Shown: one piece after another, positions 29,281 through 39,080 of the stretch
How positions within the stretch are numbered: position 1 is the first letter of the stretch
Layout of the letters: each line of letters starts with the position of its first letter
Virus record (IMG/VR): IMGVR_UViG_3300031963_000006
Span: 62,001 to 126,000 of that record
Length of the DNA: 64,000 nucleotides
Reading direction: 5' to 3' (one strand)
Translations under genes and position numbers: made by a program
The notes under the pieces: model-generated
The model's database searches: none
The model's input: only the letters and a program-made list of their open reading frames with translations
Told to the model about the DNA's origin: nothing

Positions 29281-30099
29281 ATGAGAGTAAAATCAATTAA
29301 CGAAGGAATCACAGAAACCGGAACTCCCGACATGAAGTATTACGCATTTGATTGGGATGATAATATTTTAATAATGCCAACTAAAATAATTCTTAAAGAT
29401 GAAAAGGATGATGAAGTTGGTATGTCTACCGAAGATTTTGCCGAATATCGAATGAAAATAGGTAAAGAACCATTTGAATATGATGGTCACAATATTGTGG
29501 GGTTTGCTGAAAATCCATTTAGATACTTCAGTGTGGAGGGTGATAAACAGTTTATAATTGATTCTCTATTAGGGAAACCAGGACCCGCTTGGTCTGATTT
29601 TGTGGAGGCAATTAATAACGGTTCAATTTTTTCAATTGTGACTGCTAGAGGACACACTCCTGAAGTTATGAAAGAGTCAGTCTACAACATGATAATTTCA
29701 AACCATATGGGAATTGATTCTAATGAACTTTTAAAAAACTTAGAAAAATTTAGAGACATAGAAGGTATTGGTAAATCATCAAAAAAAGAAATGATAAGAG
29801 AATACTTAGATATGTGTCGATTTTACCCTGTGACTTATGGTAAAGGTAGTGCGGTTAGTCCCGAAGAAGGAAAAATTAAAGCTTTAAATGAATTTGTGGG
29901 ATATGTTAAAAGAATCTCTAAACACATAGAGAAAAAGGCATATTTAAAGAATAGAATATCAAATAATTTTGTACCTACAATTGGATTTTCTGATGATGAC
30001 CTAATGAATTTGGAAAAAGTTAAAAGTCATTTTGAAAATGAACCAGATAATATAATTAAAACAATTTCAACTGCAGGAGGAGTAAAAAAACCTTATTAA
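29281..30099 (+). CDS. HAD-superfamily phosphatase-like protein
   Basis: Motif I AFDWDDNI, motif II IVTARG and motif IV GFSDDD. Confidence 0.65.
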   Translation: MRVKSINEGITETGTPDMKYYAFDWDDNILIMPTKIILKDEKDDEVGMSTEDFAEYRMKIGKEPFEYDGHNIVGFAENPFRYFSVEGDKQFIIDSLLGKPGPAWSDFVEAINNGSIFSIVTARGHTPEVMKESVYNMIISNHMGIDSNELLKNLEKFRDIEGIGKSSKKEMIREYLDMCRFYPVTYGKGSAVSPEEGKIKALNEFVGYVKRISKHIEKKAYLKNRISNNFVPTIGFSDDDLMNLEKVKSHFENEPDNIIKTISTAGGVKKPY

Positions 30100-30170
30100 T
30101 TATTTACTAGTGATTTATAACTAGAAGTTATTTGAAAAAACCCAAAAGTAAATAGAAAAAAATTATTATT

Positions 30171-30188
30171 AGATATTTATAAATAAAA
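30171..30188 (+). promoter_or_regulatory. Conserved upstream element AGATATTTATAAATAAAA (copy 2)
   Basis: Identical 18-mer 28 nt upstream of the tail tube start. Confidence 0.55.
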
Positions 30189-30216
30189 AGAATAAAAAAT
30201 TTAAAACAAAAATACA

Positions 30217-30705
30217 ATGGCTGATTTATTAATGAAAATGCCCATACCTTATGAACCCAAAAGGAATAACCGATTTATTTTACGTTTTCCTTCTACATTA
30301 GGTATAAACGAGTGGTTCGTTGAATCTGCCGCTCGACCTCATATTACGATTGTTAGTACTGAGATTCCATTCTTAAATACCTCAACTTATGTTGCTGGTC
30401 GTTTTACGTGGGGAGAAATAAGTGTGGTATTTAGAGACCCAATTGGACCTTCGGCTTCACAGGCACTTATGGAATGGGTTCGTTTATGTGCGGAATCTGT
30501 TACAGGTCGTATGGGTTATGCTGCGGGTTATAAAAAGAATGTTGACCTTGAAATGTTGGACCCTACAGGTGTTGTAGTAGAAAAATGGATTTTAGAAGGA
30601 ACATTCTTAAACGATGTTAACTTTAATTCTTTAAGTTATTCTGATGATAAGTTAGCAACAGTTACGGCTAAAATGAGAATGGACCGTTGTATCTTGGTTT
30701 ACTAA
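30217..30705 (+). CDS. Tail tube protein (gp19-like)
   Basis: YEPKRNNRFIL, W.EISVVFRDPI..SASQALMEW, LEMLDPTGVVVEKWILEGTF; 162 aa, downstream of the sheath. Confidence 0.85.
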   Translation: MADLLMKMPIPYEPKRNNRFILRFPSTLGINEWFVESAARPHITIVSTEIPFLNTSTYVAGRFTWGEISVVFRDPIGPSASQALMEWVRLCAESVTGRMGYAAGYKKNVDLEMLDPTGVVVEKWILEGTFLNDVNFNSLSYSDDKLATVTAKMRMDRCILVY

Positions 30706-30713
30706 TTTAATAC

Positions 30714-30742
30714 TTTACAATATTATATAAATCCCATATTAT
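30714..30742 (+). promoter_or_regulatory. Sigma70-like promoter overlapping the tube terminator
   Basis: TTTACA (30714-19), 17-nt spacer, TATTAT (30737-42). Confidence 0.4.
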
Positions 30743-30761
30743 TAATATGGGATTTTTTTTT
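30729..30761 (+). terminator. Rho-independent terminator after the tail tube gene
   Basis: AAATCCCATATT-ATT-AATATGGGATTT perfect 12-bp stem followed by a T-run. Confidence 0.75.
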
Positions 30762-30764
30762 ATT

Positions 30765-30896
30765 ATGGAAAACAATACAGGATTTACATGTAATACTTGT
30801 GGTAAAGTCTTCGAAACCGAGGAAGAGTTTTTGAATAGACATAATAATAAGAAAAAACCCGAAGAAAATCAACAAAAAGACAATTTAAAGGAATAG
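30765..30896 (+). CDS. Microprotein with a degenerate C2H2-like zinc finger (43 aa), not in the ORF track
   Basis: MENNTGFTCNTCGKVFETEEEFLNRHNNKKKPEENQQKDNLKE*; ends 4 nt before the next ATG. Confidence 0.55.
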   Translation: MENNTGFTCNTCGKVFETEEEFLNRHNNKKKPEENQQKDNLKE

Positions 30897-30900
30897 TATT

Positions 30901-31656
30901 ATGGATGAATCATTAATAAAGGCTGCGACTGAAAATTTTAATTTACCACATGACGTGGTGGTTCTACCAACTGGTGGAGTGTTTTACAAATCAAAAAAGA
31001 AAAGTATTAAAGTTGGTTATTTAACGGCTAACGATGAGAACTATCTAATGTCAGGATTGGGTACTAGGGACAATATAGTTATGACATTGTTAAGGAACAA
31101 AATTTACGAGCACGACTTAAGACCTGAGGAACTCTTAGAAGAAGATATTCAGGCAATACTTTTATTCTTGAGAAATACCTCGTTTGGTCCTGAGTATATA
31201 GTCAAATTAGAAGACCCAAAAAGTAAAAAAGAGTTTGAGGAAACACTAATATTGGACGAAATTAACATCAAAAAGGGGAAAATTTTACCAAGTGAAGATG
31301 GTACTTTTACCACGAAATTACCGGTTAGCGGCAGTTCTGTAAAACTAAGACCCTTATCTTTTGGTGAATTGTTTGAAATAGATAAATTATTAGAAAATTA
31401 CCCCAAAGGAAGGGTTGCACCTAGAGTGACTATGAGATTACAAAGACAAATTATGGAAGTTGACGGTAACTCAGATACAAGTCAAATTTCTCTTTTTATA
31501 GATAAATTACCAATAGGTGACTCCAAATACATTAAAAACTTTATAAAAGAAAATATTCCGTCGTTAGATTTAAATAAAACAGTAATTACCCCATCAGGAG
31601 ATAAGATAGATGTTGACATCGTCTTTGGGGTAGAATTTTTTCGGCCTTTCTTCTAA
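30901..31656 (+). CDS. Tail assembly chaperone/baseplate hub assembly protein (gp26-like)
   Basis: Position between tube and tape measure; HDVVVLPTGGVFY, LLFLRNTSFG and a C-terminal ...VEFFRPFF. Confidence 0.65.
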   Translation: MDESLIKAATENFNLPHDVVVLPTGGVFYKSKKKSIKVGYLTANDENYLMSGLGTRDNIVMTLLRNKIYEHDLRPEELLEEDIQAILLFLRNTSFGPEYIVKLEDPKSKKEFEETLILDEINIKKGKILPSEDGTFTTKLPVSGSSVKLRPLSFGELFEIDKLLENYPKGRVAPRVTMRLQRQIMEVDGNSDTSQISLFIDKLPIGDSKYIKNFIKENIPSLDLNKTVITPSGDKIDVDIVFGVEFFRPFF

Positions 31657-31798
31657 ACATAAAATTTCTTTAGCGAACGAATACATTATATTATCTAAGA
31701 ATCTTAGTACATCTTACTTTGATTTTACATCAATGCCGACTTATTTCAGAAAATATCTGATAGATAAGGTTATTGAGATGAATACTCCTAAAACCTAA
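31634..31798 (+). CDS. +1-frame extension of the chaperone (gp51-like segment), probably reached by frameshifting
   Basis: The +1 frame opens after TAG at 31631-33 and reads NFFGLSSKHKISLANEYIILSKNLSTSYFDFTSMPTYFRKYLIDKVIEMNTPKT*. It has no usable 5' start codon and overlaps TTT TTT CGG. Confidence 0.6.
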   Translation, partial: NFFGLSSKHKISLANEYIILSKNLSTSYFDFTSMPTYFRKYLIDKVIEMNTPKT

Positions 31799-31827
31799 AA
31801 CAAAGTATTTATTTTAAAAGGATAATA

Positions 31828-33657
31828 ATGATGTATCAACCAACACCAGGAGGCTCAAATCAGGAGGCAGCGAGTGATTTTTATGATTACGTAAGTAAAT
31901 TGGGTAGTAAAAGTATGGAAGCCTTTTTTGGCAACTTTTACCCAGGATTAAGAAATCTTGTTAACACAGTTCAAGAAATTGACGCTGACGCCACTAAAGT
32001 GGCTAAAACTTTTGGACAAGGTAGAGAAAATATTGCGGGTATTAAAATTGCGTTGGTCGACGCTGCGACTTCAGTTGAGGCTTTGGGAGGTAAATTTGTT
32101 GATGTTGCAAAAATACAAACTGACTTAACTAATAGTTTAGGTAGGTCGGTTATGCTAACATCAGAATCATACGACGACATTTTTGCAACAACACAAGTAA
32201 CTGGACAAGAAGCTGGAAAACTGTTTACTAGTTTTAAAAATATTGGGACATCCGCTTATGGTGTTGCCTCCGGAATGCAAAAAATTGTTGACACCGCTAG
32301 ACAACAAGGTCTTAGTGTTGAGAAGGTTAGTGAGCAGGCGATGAGTAATATGGAATCAATGAACAAGTACAATTTTCAAGGGGGTGTTGACGGATTGGCT
32401 AAAATGGCAGCCCAAGCAACTAGTTTAAGAATTGATATGGCAACTACTCTTAATTTTTCAAATGATTTATATAAGCCCGAAAAGGCGATTGAAATGTCAG
32501 CGGCACTCCAAAGACTTGGGGTTACTCAGTCTGAATTGTTGGACCCACTAAGATTAATGGATTTATCTATTAATGACCCAACAGAACTTCAAAATCAGTT
32601 AGTACAAATGACTCAACAATTTGTAACTATGAATGAAGCCGGACAATTTGAGATTGCTCCTGAGGGAAAACTTAGAATGAGAGAATTAGAACAAGCCACT
32701 GGAATTGCGTATGGAGAGTTAACAAAAATGGCTTTAGGTTCCGCAGAATTAGAAAATAAGTTGTCTAAAATAAGATTTCCTGAGTTTATGACCGAAGAGC
32801 AACAAAAAATGGTTGCAAATTTGTCCGAAATGAAGGATGGTCAATATGTAATATCAATTGATGGTACAGAACAAAACTTACAAGAGTTACTTGCTAGAAC
32901 AGATAGTCAGGAAGAAATTAACAAAATATTAGAGGCTGCCAAACCTAAAACAATGGAAGATTTGGCTAAGGAACAGTTGAACCTCCAACAAAGTATGGAA
33001 GCGAGCTTAGCAAAAATGGCCGGGAGAACCTCAAGAGCGTTGGCGACATCTAAAATAGGTGAGGAAGTTACTGAGGCGATAAAAGAAGGTTATACAAATA
33101 TGACAGATGTTGTAACCGATAGAGATGTTATGTCGGCAAAAAGTATTCGTGAGTTGTTTAACATTGCGGACCCTAAAGAGATGACGAATTTAATGAAAGA
33201 TGTTTTGTCAGGTAAAGATGTTGATGTTGGAGGAAAATTCATGGAAATGGGTGAAGATGCCGGAGGTTTATTAGGTGAACAAATGAAAAGTTTGGCTCAA
33301 AATTTGGCCGAACAAGGAAAAAAATTAGAAGAGTCTGATAATATATTTGCCGGTGTTGTAAATACGTTAGTTGATGAACTTTCTGGATACATAAAAGAAG
33401 TTAGTGGAGTTGACATAAAAGCAAAAATTGCGGAATATCAAGGTAATGAAACACAGTCAACAAAAACTACCCCACAAACCAATACACAAACTATTAACAA
33501 TAATTCAACTGTGGATGTAAATATAAAATTAGATGTTCCACCTGGAATGTCAGTTCAAGAAGTTTCAGACGCATTAAGAACCGAACAAATTAAACAAGAA
33601 ATAGTTAAAATTGTTGAGGAAAAATATCCCGACCTTAAGTTAAAACCAGCACATTAA
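31828..33657 (+). CDS. Tape measure protein-like
   Basis: Helical Ala/Gln/Met-rich composition; canonical position after the chaperone; 609 aa, similar in length to T4 gp29. Confidence 0.65.
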   Translation: MMYQPTPGGSNQEAASDFYDYVSKLGSKSMEAFFGNFYPGLRNLVNTVQEIDADATKVAKTFGQGRENIAGIKIALVDAATSVEALGGKFVDVAKIQTDLTNSLGRSVMLTSESYDDIFATTQVTGQEAGKLFTSFKNIGTSAYGVASGMQKIVDTARQQGLSVEKVSEQAMSNMESMNKYNFQGGVDGLAKMAAQATSLRIDMATTLNFSNDLYKPEKAIEMSAALQRLGVTQSELLDPLRLMDLSINDPTELQNQLVQMTQQFVTMNEAGQFEIAPEGKLRMRELEQATGIAYGELTKMALGSAELENKLSKIRFPEFMTEEQQKMVANLSEMKDGQYVISIDGTEQNLQELLARTDSQEEINKILEAAKPKTMEDLAKEQLNLQQSMEASLAKMAGRTSRALATSKIGEEVTEAIKEGYTNMTDVVTDRDVMSAKSIRELFNIADPKEMTNLMKDVLSGKDVDVGGKFMEMGEDAGGLLGEQMKSLAQNLAEQGKKLEESDNIFAGVVNTLVDELSGYIKEVSGVDIKAKIAEYQGNETQSTKTTPQTNTQTINNNSTVDVNIKLDVPPGMSVQEVSDALRTEQIKQEIVKIVEEKYPDLKLKPAH

Positions 33658-33695
33658 AAAAAACCTTTTATTGTATTTATATATAAAATGTTATA

Positions 33696-36600
33696 ATGTC
33701 AGAGAGCACTTTATCATTTGCATCTAGTGAATCTTTTCGTAAATCACTTATTGTAAGAAATTTACAACCTTATTCTGTTACAGGTGTTTATACTCCACCG
33801 TCTGGCGATATAACTTATGAGTATAATCAATCTGATTTTTCAGTAATTGATTCACCTGATAAATTGATTGCAAAAAATCCATTTGCAAATCAATTATATC
33901 CTCTTAATGAATTTGGACCATCGGGTGGATTTGATTTCAACATCAACTATAATGGACCTCTTGTTCCAGTAAAACCAACCGCTCAACCGTACTATCCATT
34001 AATTGATAGCCCCTTAGTCGGGTTGAGTAATTATTGGTTAAATGAATTAGTTACAGGTCCTGCAAATCAAAACAGCTTTATACCCGATGGAGGATTCAAA
34101 TTTTTATATGAGGTTGACGATTTACCTAACTTAAATAAATATTTTTCGCCTTATTGGGACCCACCAACATTTGTTCCATCATTTTATAGTCCGTATGAGA
34201 TATTAACATCTACAAATCCGGTTGGTTCAGACGGACCATTATCACAAGATTCATTTATCGCTCGTTTAGGTGCTCAAACATTAAAGGAACTTTTTATTGA
34301 GAGAATTAATTTTGAGATTTATCAAAACACGGTAGGGGCTGTCAACTTAGCTAGTTTACAGGACCCATTCGAGGCTAGTTTATTAATAACAGGTCAACAA
34401 CCTTTAGTTTACAGAAATTGGAGAATTACCGTACCTGAAAATCCTATATTAGCGGCGGTTGATTTTGCGACAAGATTAGCTGGTGCTTATTGGCCCGTGT
34501 CACCAATACCTGGTGATTATTTTGATGAAAACACCAACGGTAATTTACAGACCAGTCAAACATCAACGGCATTAAATGTTACTAATAATTTAACAGGTGG
34601 TTTTTTAGGACCGATTTTAAATATAACTAGAAATCCATCCGAAATATTTTTAGCAAATACAGGAAATGGACAAAGGTCGGCACTATTCAATAATATAGAT
34701 TATAATAGATATAGACCCGCATATGATAGAGGATTATTAGGTACTTTAGCTCAAGGGTTGACAAACCTACTAGCATCCGCAATTAATCCTAATAATGGAA
34801 CGTTAATAGGTGGTTATTATGTTGGAAGTAATACTTCAGAACCTTCACAAATAAATTCACCACCCAATCAGTTGCCAATAAATCCATATGGACAACAGGT
34901 CCAAACACCTGTTTATGGTCCATCCGAATTAGCTATATTATACGAAGGAAATCAAGAAGTTCTTAATTTTGGATTAGCTGGAAAATCTTTATCAGATGGA
35001 GGAGGAATTGATGGTCAATTTGTTTGGACATCGCCAAAATATAAAGGAAATGCGGGATACAAACCAACACCAGGTGGCGGAGCGGGAAGTTTGGACGAAC
35101 AATTCAATTTAGTTAGTTCTAATTATACTCGTGACTCATCAACAAATATTGATTTTAAAGATAACTCAATATTAGACCAAACTCAAAGGTTAATTGAATC
35201 TGCTGACTTAGTAGAAGGTATTGCTAGATTAAAACACGTAGGTAATGCAATCAATCAAGTTTCTAAAGTATTCAATGATGGATATAAAGAAATGACTAAA
35301 GGTTCTAAAGTTTTATCTTATGTTGATAATACCACAGGAACTCAAGCGGGTATTGAATATTGTAGAGTCTTTGCTAAAGATACTCCTTACTATACCTACT
35401 CTGATTTACAAAAGACTGAGGGTATTACTAATTCAGGAAGAAGATTTTCATATTCCGTATTAGATAACACCTTCAATTTGAATATTTCTCCAACTAAAAA
35501 CCCTGGCTCAACAAATATTATTGCTGACGGAAATAACGGAACAGGTGGGTATGCTAAAAAATATATGTTCTCTATTGAAAATTTAGCGTGGAGAACATCC
35601 AGTAGACCCGGATATACCTATGACGAACTTCCAACATGTGAAAAAGGTCCAAATGGGGGTAGGGTAATGTGGTTTCCTCCATATGATTTAAAATTTAGTG
35701 ATACAAGTAAACCAAGTTTTAGTCCGACTTCTTTTTTAGGTAGACCTGAGCCGATTTATACATATAAAGACACTAGTCGTAGTGGAACTTTAAGTTGGAC
35801 TATTATAGTTGATAGTCCTTCAATTATGAATTTAATTATTGAAAAACAATTGAAAGGTACTGCAAGAGAAAGAGTTGATTCTATTATTGATTCCTTTTTT
35901 GCGGGGTGTGTAAAGTACGATATATATGAGTTAGCCCAAAAATTTAATACTATACCGGCCAAGGATTTATATACCTACCAAGAAATTTTGAATAATCCAC
36001 AATTAACCGAAGAAGAGGTAAACTATGTTGTTGAATCAATACCAAAAGACCCTGAAGTTTGTGTGTCGGATTTATGGGGAGATGTTCCTGAAACTAAAAA
36101 AGTGTCTAATGAGCCTGAATTAGAAGCATTTGCCGATACCTATACTAATTTGTCATTTTATTTTGATAATAATGTGCCAGGGCCTAATAATGGTACAACA
36201 TCGAATGAGGATTATTTGAGTGCTTACAACTCATATGTTAGTAATAAACAAGTTTACGGAGCTCAGGCTAATAATTTATTTAATACTGATGATTTTAATG
36301 GTAATGTTCTTGATTTCTTTGATAATGTTATAACAAATAATTTTGAAAAAATTAATAGTGGTTCATCTTGTATGGTACAAGATTTATATAAGATATTATC
36401 AGAACAAAAGGGAACTATTGTTATAACTTTAGAAGGTGCGGCTTCGGCTAAGGCAACGCCTGAATATAATCAAAAATTATCCGAAAGAAGAATTGATTCT
36501 GTAATAAAATATTTACAAAATTATTCTGAAGGTGATGTTTCGTTTAAAAAATATTTAGAAGACGGTTCTTTAAAAATAAATTCTGCCGGAGGGTCTGGTG

Positions 36601-38750
36601 AAAACACAACAATTCCGGTTGGGGAAGGTAATATATCTCAAGACCCAATTAATTGTACCGAAGAAACTAAAGATAAGAACGGTAAAACTAATCAAGGTTC
36701 GTTAATTTATTCTGTAAGTGCTATGGCCTGCAGAAGGGTAAGGATTACTAGTATTAACTATACCGATATACCAAAAGAAGAAACGACATTTGTTAATAAA
36801 GTTACAGGTCAAACAACTACAATTGAAAATCCCCCTTCTGACGAAACATCAGGACAAGGTATAACCCCTCAGTTTCCAAAACCACAACCAACCATAACTA
36901 TTGAGAAGAAACTAAAAGAAGGTATTAGTAAAAAAATATTAAGAAACTTATTAAGTGAATGTGATTATTTTGAGGTACTAAAACAAGACGTACCAATGGT
37001 ATATGATTCGATTAAAGAAAAAATTAAATATTTTAATCCGGCGTTCCACTCAATGACACCTGAGGGTTTAAATGCTAGATTAACTTTCCTTAATCAGTGT
37101 ACTAGACCTGGAGAAACAGTTCCTACTATAGGAGCGGATGGTAAACCAAAAACAAATGATGCAATTAACACTTCATTTGGAGCTCCCCCCATTTTAATAT
37201 TAAGAATTGGAGATTTTTATAATTGTAAGATAGTGCCTGATAATATAGCATTTACATATGAGCCATTAATTTATGATATGAATCCTGAGGGTATTGGATT
37301 ACAACCAATGGTGGTGAAAGTTCAAATGTCTTTTTCCATGATTGGAGGACATGGATTGAAAGAACCAGTTGACCAATTGCAGAATGCGTTGTCATTTAAT
37401 TATTATGCTAACACAGAAATTTATGATGAAAGGTCAACATGGACTGATGATTCATGGAAAGTAATTGATAAGAAATTAATAGACTCAATTGAACAGTCAG
37501 AACAACCAGCAACAGTTGCTAATGTAGAGAACCAACGAACTAATGATGGAGGAACAACAATTGGTGAAATTATAACTAATATACCTGTTGAAAGTGGTCA
37601 AACTGGTGAAATAGCATATCAAAAAATAATGGATACCCTGTTTGACCAAACAAAAGGATATATTGATGCGGTTCCTAATCTTTTAGAAAAAATAATGTTG
37701 AATACAAACCAAGGTATTGTTCAGATTATAAGTAATAATAGATTATATAGTGAAGGTTTACTTAATGTTGATTTGGATGAAGTTGGCTCGGCTCCAATTT
37801 ACGGAGCCCCAAATAAAATGGACGCGAAAATAAAAGAAATTTTTGATAAAGTAATATTAGAAATTCAGGACCAAACTAACCCAATTATTAGTGAATTAAA
37901 CACTATTGAATGGCAACCAAAAGATTTATCTGCGGTCATTACCAATATGGTCGATTATATTAATTCTCTTTCTTCTGAATTCTCAAACGGAATATTCACT
38001 ACTATACAGGAATTAGTTTTGTTGGAACAAGATTATGTGCAAAATTTAAGAAAAATAAATTTGGTTGCAGATTTAACTGATGGTAAAATTATTGATAAGG
38101 GAGTTCCAAGACCCTACACTCTTTCGGGAACTGATAAGGTGAGTGAATCAACAACCATTGATGACGATACTATAACAACAACAGATGATGAATTGTGGAA
38201 TGATATTGCGAGATTACAATTAACGCTAGAAGAGTATTATGAATTTTTACAAGATAAAAAGATATTTGAACCAATAGGTGATTTTACTGCAGATTTTATC
38301 CCGATATATCAAGATTTTATAGGTAATGCAGAGTCACCAACACCGGAAAAAACATTCTTTTTAGTTGTCGGTAGAATTTTTGATAATAGAACAAAACGTC
38401 AAGAATTTGTAAATGCGGTAATAAAAGGTGATTTAGAAAATGTAAAAGACCCACAAAAATTAAAAAAGAAATTCGAGGATATTGTTGATGATTTAGCTAA
38501 AGAATACAGTAAAGAAATTTCCGCCGAAGAAAAGTTATATAAAGACTTTAAGAAAAGTAGTGAATTTAAAGATTTTTCTGAAGGTTTGGACGAAAAACTA
38601 TACCCTAAAGGAAAAACTCGTAAATTTACTTATACCACAGTACCTGGAACTGATGCGGAAACTCAAAAAACTGCTATTTCACAGTTATATAGTGGAGGAA
38701 ATACCGGTGAGGATAGTACATATATAGGAAAAGCAAAATTCAATTCATAA
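33696..38750 (+). CDS. Large tail/baseplate protein with an OmpA-like peptidoglycan-binding domain
   Basis: FYFDNN...ITLEGAAS....YNQKLSERRIDSV...CRRVRI at ~36150-36750; tube-initiator-like segments FLGRPEPIYTY and PPILILRIGDFY. Confidence 0.55.
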   Translation: MSESTLSFASSESFRKSLIVRNLQPYSVTGVYTPPSGDITYEYNQSDFSVIDSPDKLIAKNPFANQLYPLNEFGPSGGFDFNINYNGPLVPVKPTAQPYYPLIDSPLVGLSNYWLNELVTGPANQNSFIPDGGFKFLYEVDDLPNLNKYFSPYWDPPTFVPSFYSPYEILTSTNPVGSDGPLSQDSFIARLGAQTLKELFIERINFEIYQNTVGAVNLASLQDPFEASLLITGQQPLVYRNWRITVPENPILAAVDFATRLAGAYWPVSPIPGDYFDENTNGNLQTSQTSTALNVTNNLTGGFLGPILNITRNPSEIFLANTGNGQRSALFNNIDYNRYRPAYDRGLLGTLAQGLTNLLASAINPNNGTLIGGYYVGSNTSEPSQINSPPNQLPINPYGQQVQTPVYGPSELAILYEGNQEVLNFGLAGKSLSDGGGIDGQFVWTSPKYKGNAGYKPTPGGGAGSLDEQFNLVSSNYTRDSSTNIDFKDNSILDQTQRLIESADLVEGIARLKHVGNAINQVSKVFNDGYKEMTKGSKVLSYVDNTTGTQAGIEYCRVFAKDTPYYTYSDLQKTEGITNSGRRFSYSVLDNTFNLNISPTKNPGSTNIIADGNNGTGGYAKKYMFSIENLAWRTSSRPGYTYDELPTCEKGPNGGRVMWFPPYDLKFSDTSKPSFSPTSFLGRPEPIYTYKDTSRSGTLSWTIIVDSPSIMNLIIEKQLKGTARERVDSIIDSFFAGCVKYDIYELAQKFNTIPAKDLYTYQEILNNPQLTEEEVNYVVESIPKDPEVCVSDLWGDVPETKKVSNEPELEAFADTYTNLSFYFDNNVPGPNNGTTSNEDYLSAYNSYVSNKQVYGAQANNLFNTDDFNGNVLDFFDNVITNNFEKINSGSSCMVQDLYKILSEQKGTIVITLEGAASAKATPEYNQKLSERRIDSVIKYLQNYSEGDVSFKKYLEDGSLKINSAGGSGENTTIPVGEGNISQDPINCTEETKDKNGKTNQGSLIYSVSAMACRRVRITSINYTDIPKEETTFVNKVTGQTTTIENPPSDETSGQGITPQFPKPQPTITIEKKLKEGISKKILRNLLSECDYFEVLKQDVPMVYDSIKEKIKYFNPAFHSMTPEGLNARLTFLNQCTRPGETVPTIGADGKPKTNDAINTSFGAPPILILRIGDFYNCKIVPDNIAFTYEPLIYDMNPEGIGLQPMVVKVQMSFSMIGGHGLKEPVDQLQNALSFNYYANTEIYDERSTWTDDSWKVIDKKLIDSIEQSEQPATVANVENQRTNDGGTTIGEIITNIPVESGQTGEIAYQKIMDTLFDQTKGYIDAVPNLLEKIMLNTNQGIVQIISNNRLYSEGLLNVDLDEVGSAPIYGAPNKMDAKIKEIFDKVILEIQDQTNPIISELNTIEWQPKDLSAVITNMVDYINSLSSEFSNGIFTTIQELVLLEQDYVQNLRKINLVADLTDGKIIDKGVPRPYTLSGTDKVSESTTIDDDTITTTDDELWNDIARLQLTLEEYYEFLQDKKIFEPIGDFTADFIPIYQDFIGNAESPTPEKTFFLVVGRIFDNRTKRQEFVNAVIKGDLENVKDPQKLKKKFEDIVDDLAKEYSKEISAEEKLYKDFKKSSEFKDFSEGLDEKLYPKGKTRKFTYTTVPGTDAETQKTAISQLYSGGNTGEDSTYIGKAKFNS

Positions 38751-38753
38751 GTT

Positions 38754-39080
38754 ATGGCAAAAAAACAATATTATAATAGATATAGTGAGTTTCTTGTTGA
38801 TGGTTCACCATCGGTAGTGACATATGTTGATTTGCCTTCTAAAAGTACTGACAAAAGGTACATTTATAAAGTTGGTCAATCTAGATTAGATAAGGTATCA
38901 CAACAATATTATGGGACTCCTTTTTTTGGGTGGTTAATTTTAATGGGTAACCCAAAATTTGGAGGACAAGAATGGAATATAGTTGACGGCAGTGTATTGA
39001 CTATTCCATTTCCGCTGATAACTTCATTACAGGACTATAAAAATCAGTTAGACAATCATTTCTTTTATTATGGCAGATAA
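38754..39080 (+). CDS. LysM-like baseplate wedge protein (gp53/P2 gpX-like)
   Basis: RLDKVSQQYYGTPFFGWLILMGNP; size and position before the hub. Confidence 0.65.
   Translation: MAKKQYYNRYSEFLVDGSPSVVTYVDLPSKSTDKRYIYKVGQSRLDKVSQQYYGTPFFGWLILMGNPKFGGQEWNIVDGSVLTIPFPLITSLQDYKNQLDNHFFYYGR

Noticed and set aside
31636-31642. Classical -1 slippery heptamer reading of the T-run
   Set aside because: TTTTTTC is not phased as X XXY YYZ in the chaperone frame, and the conserved-looking downstream ORF is in the +1 frame.
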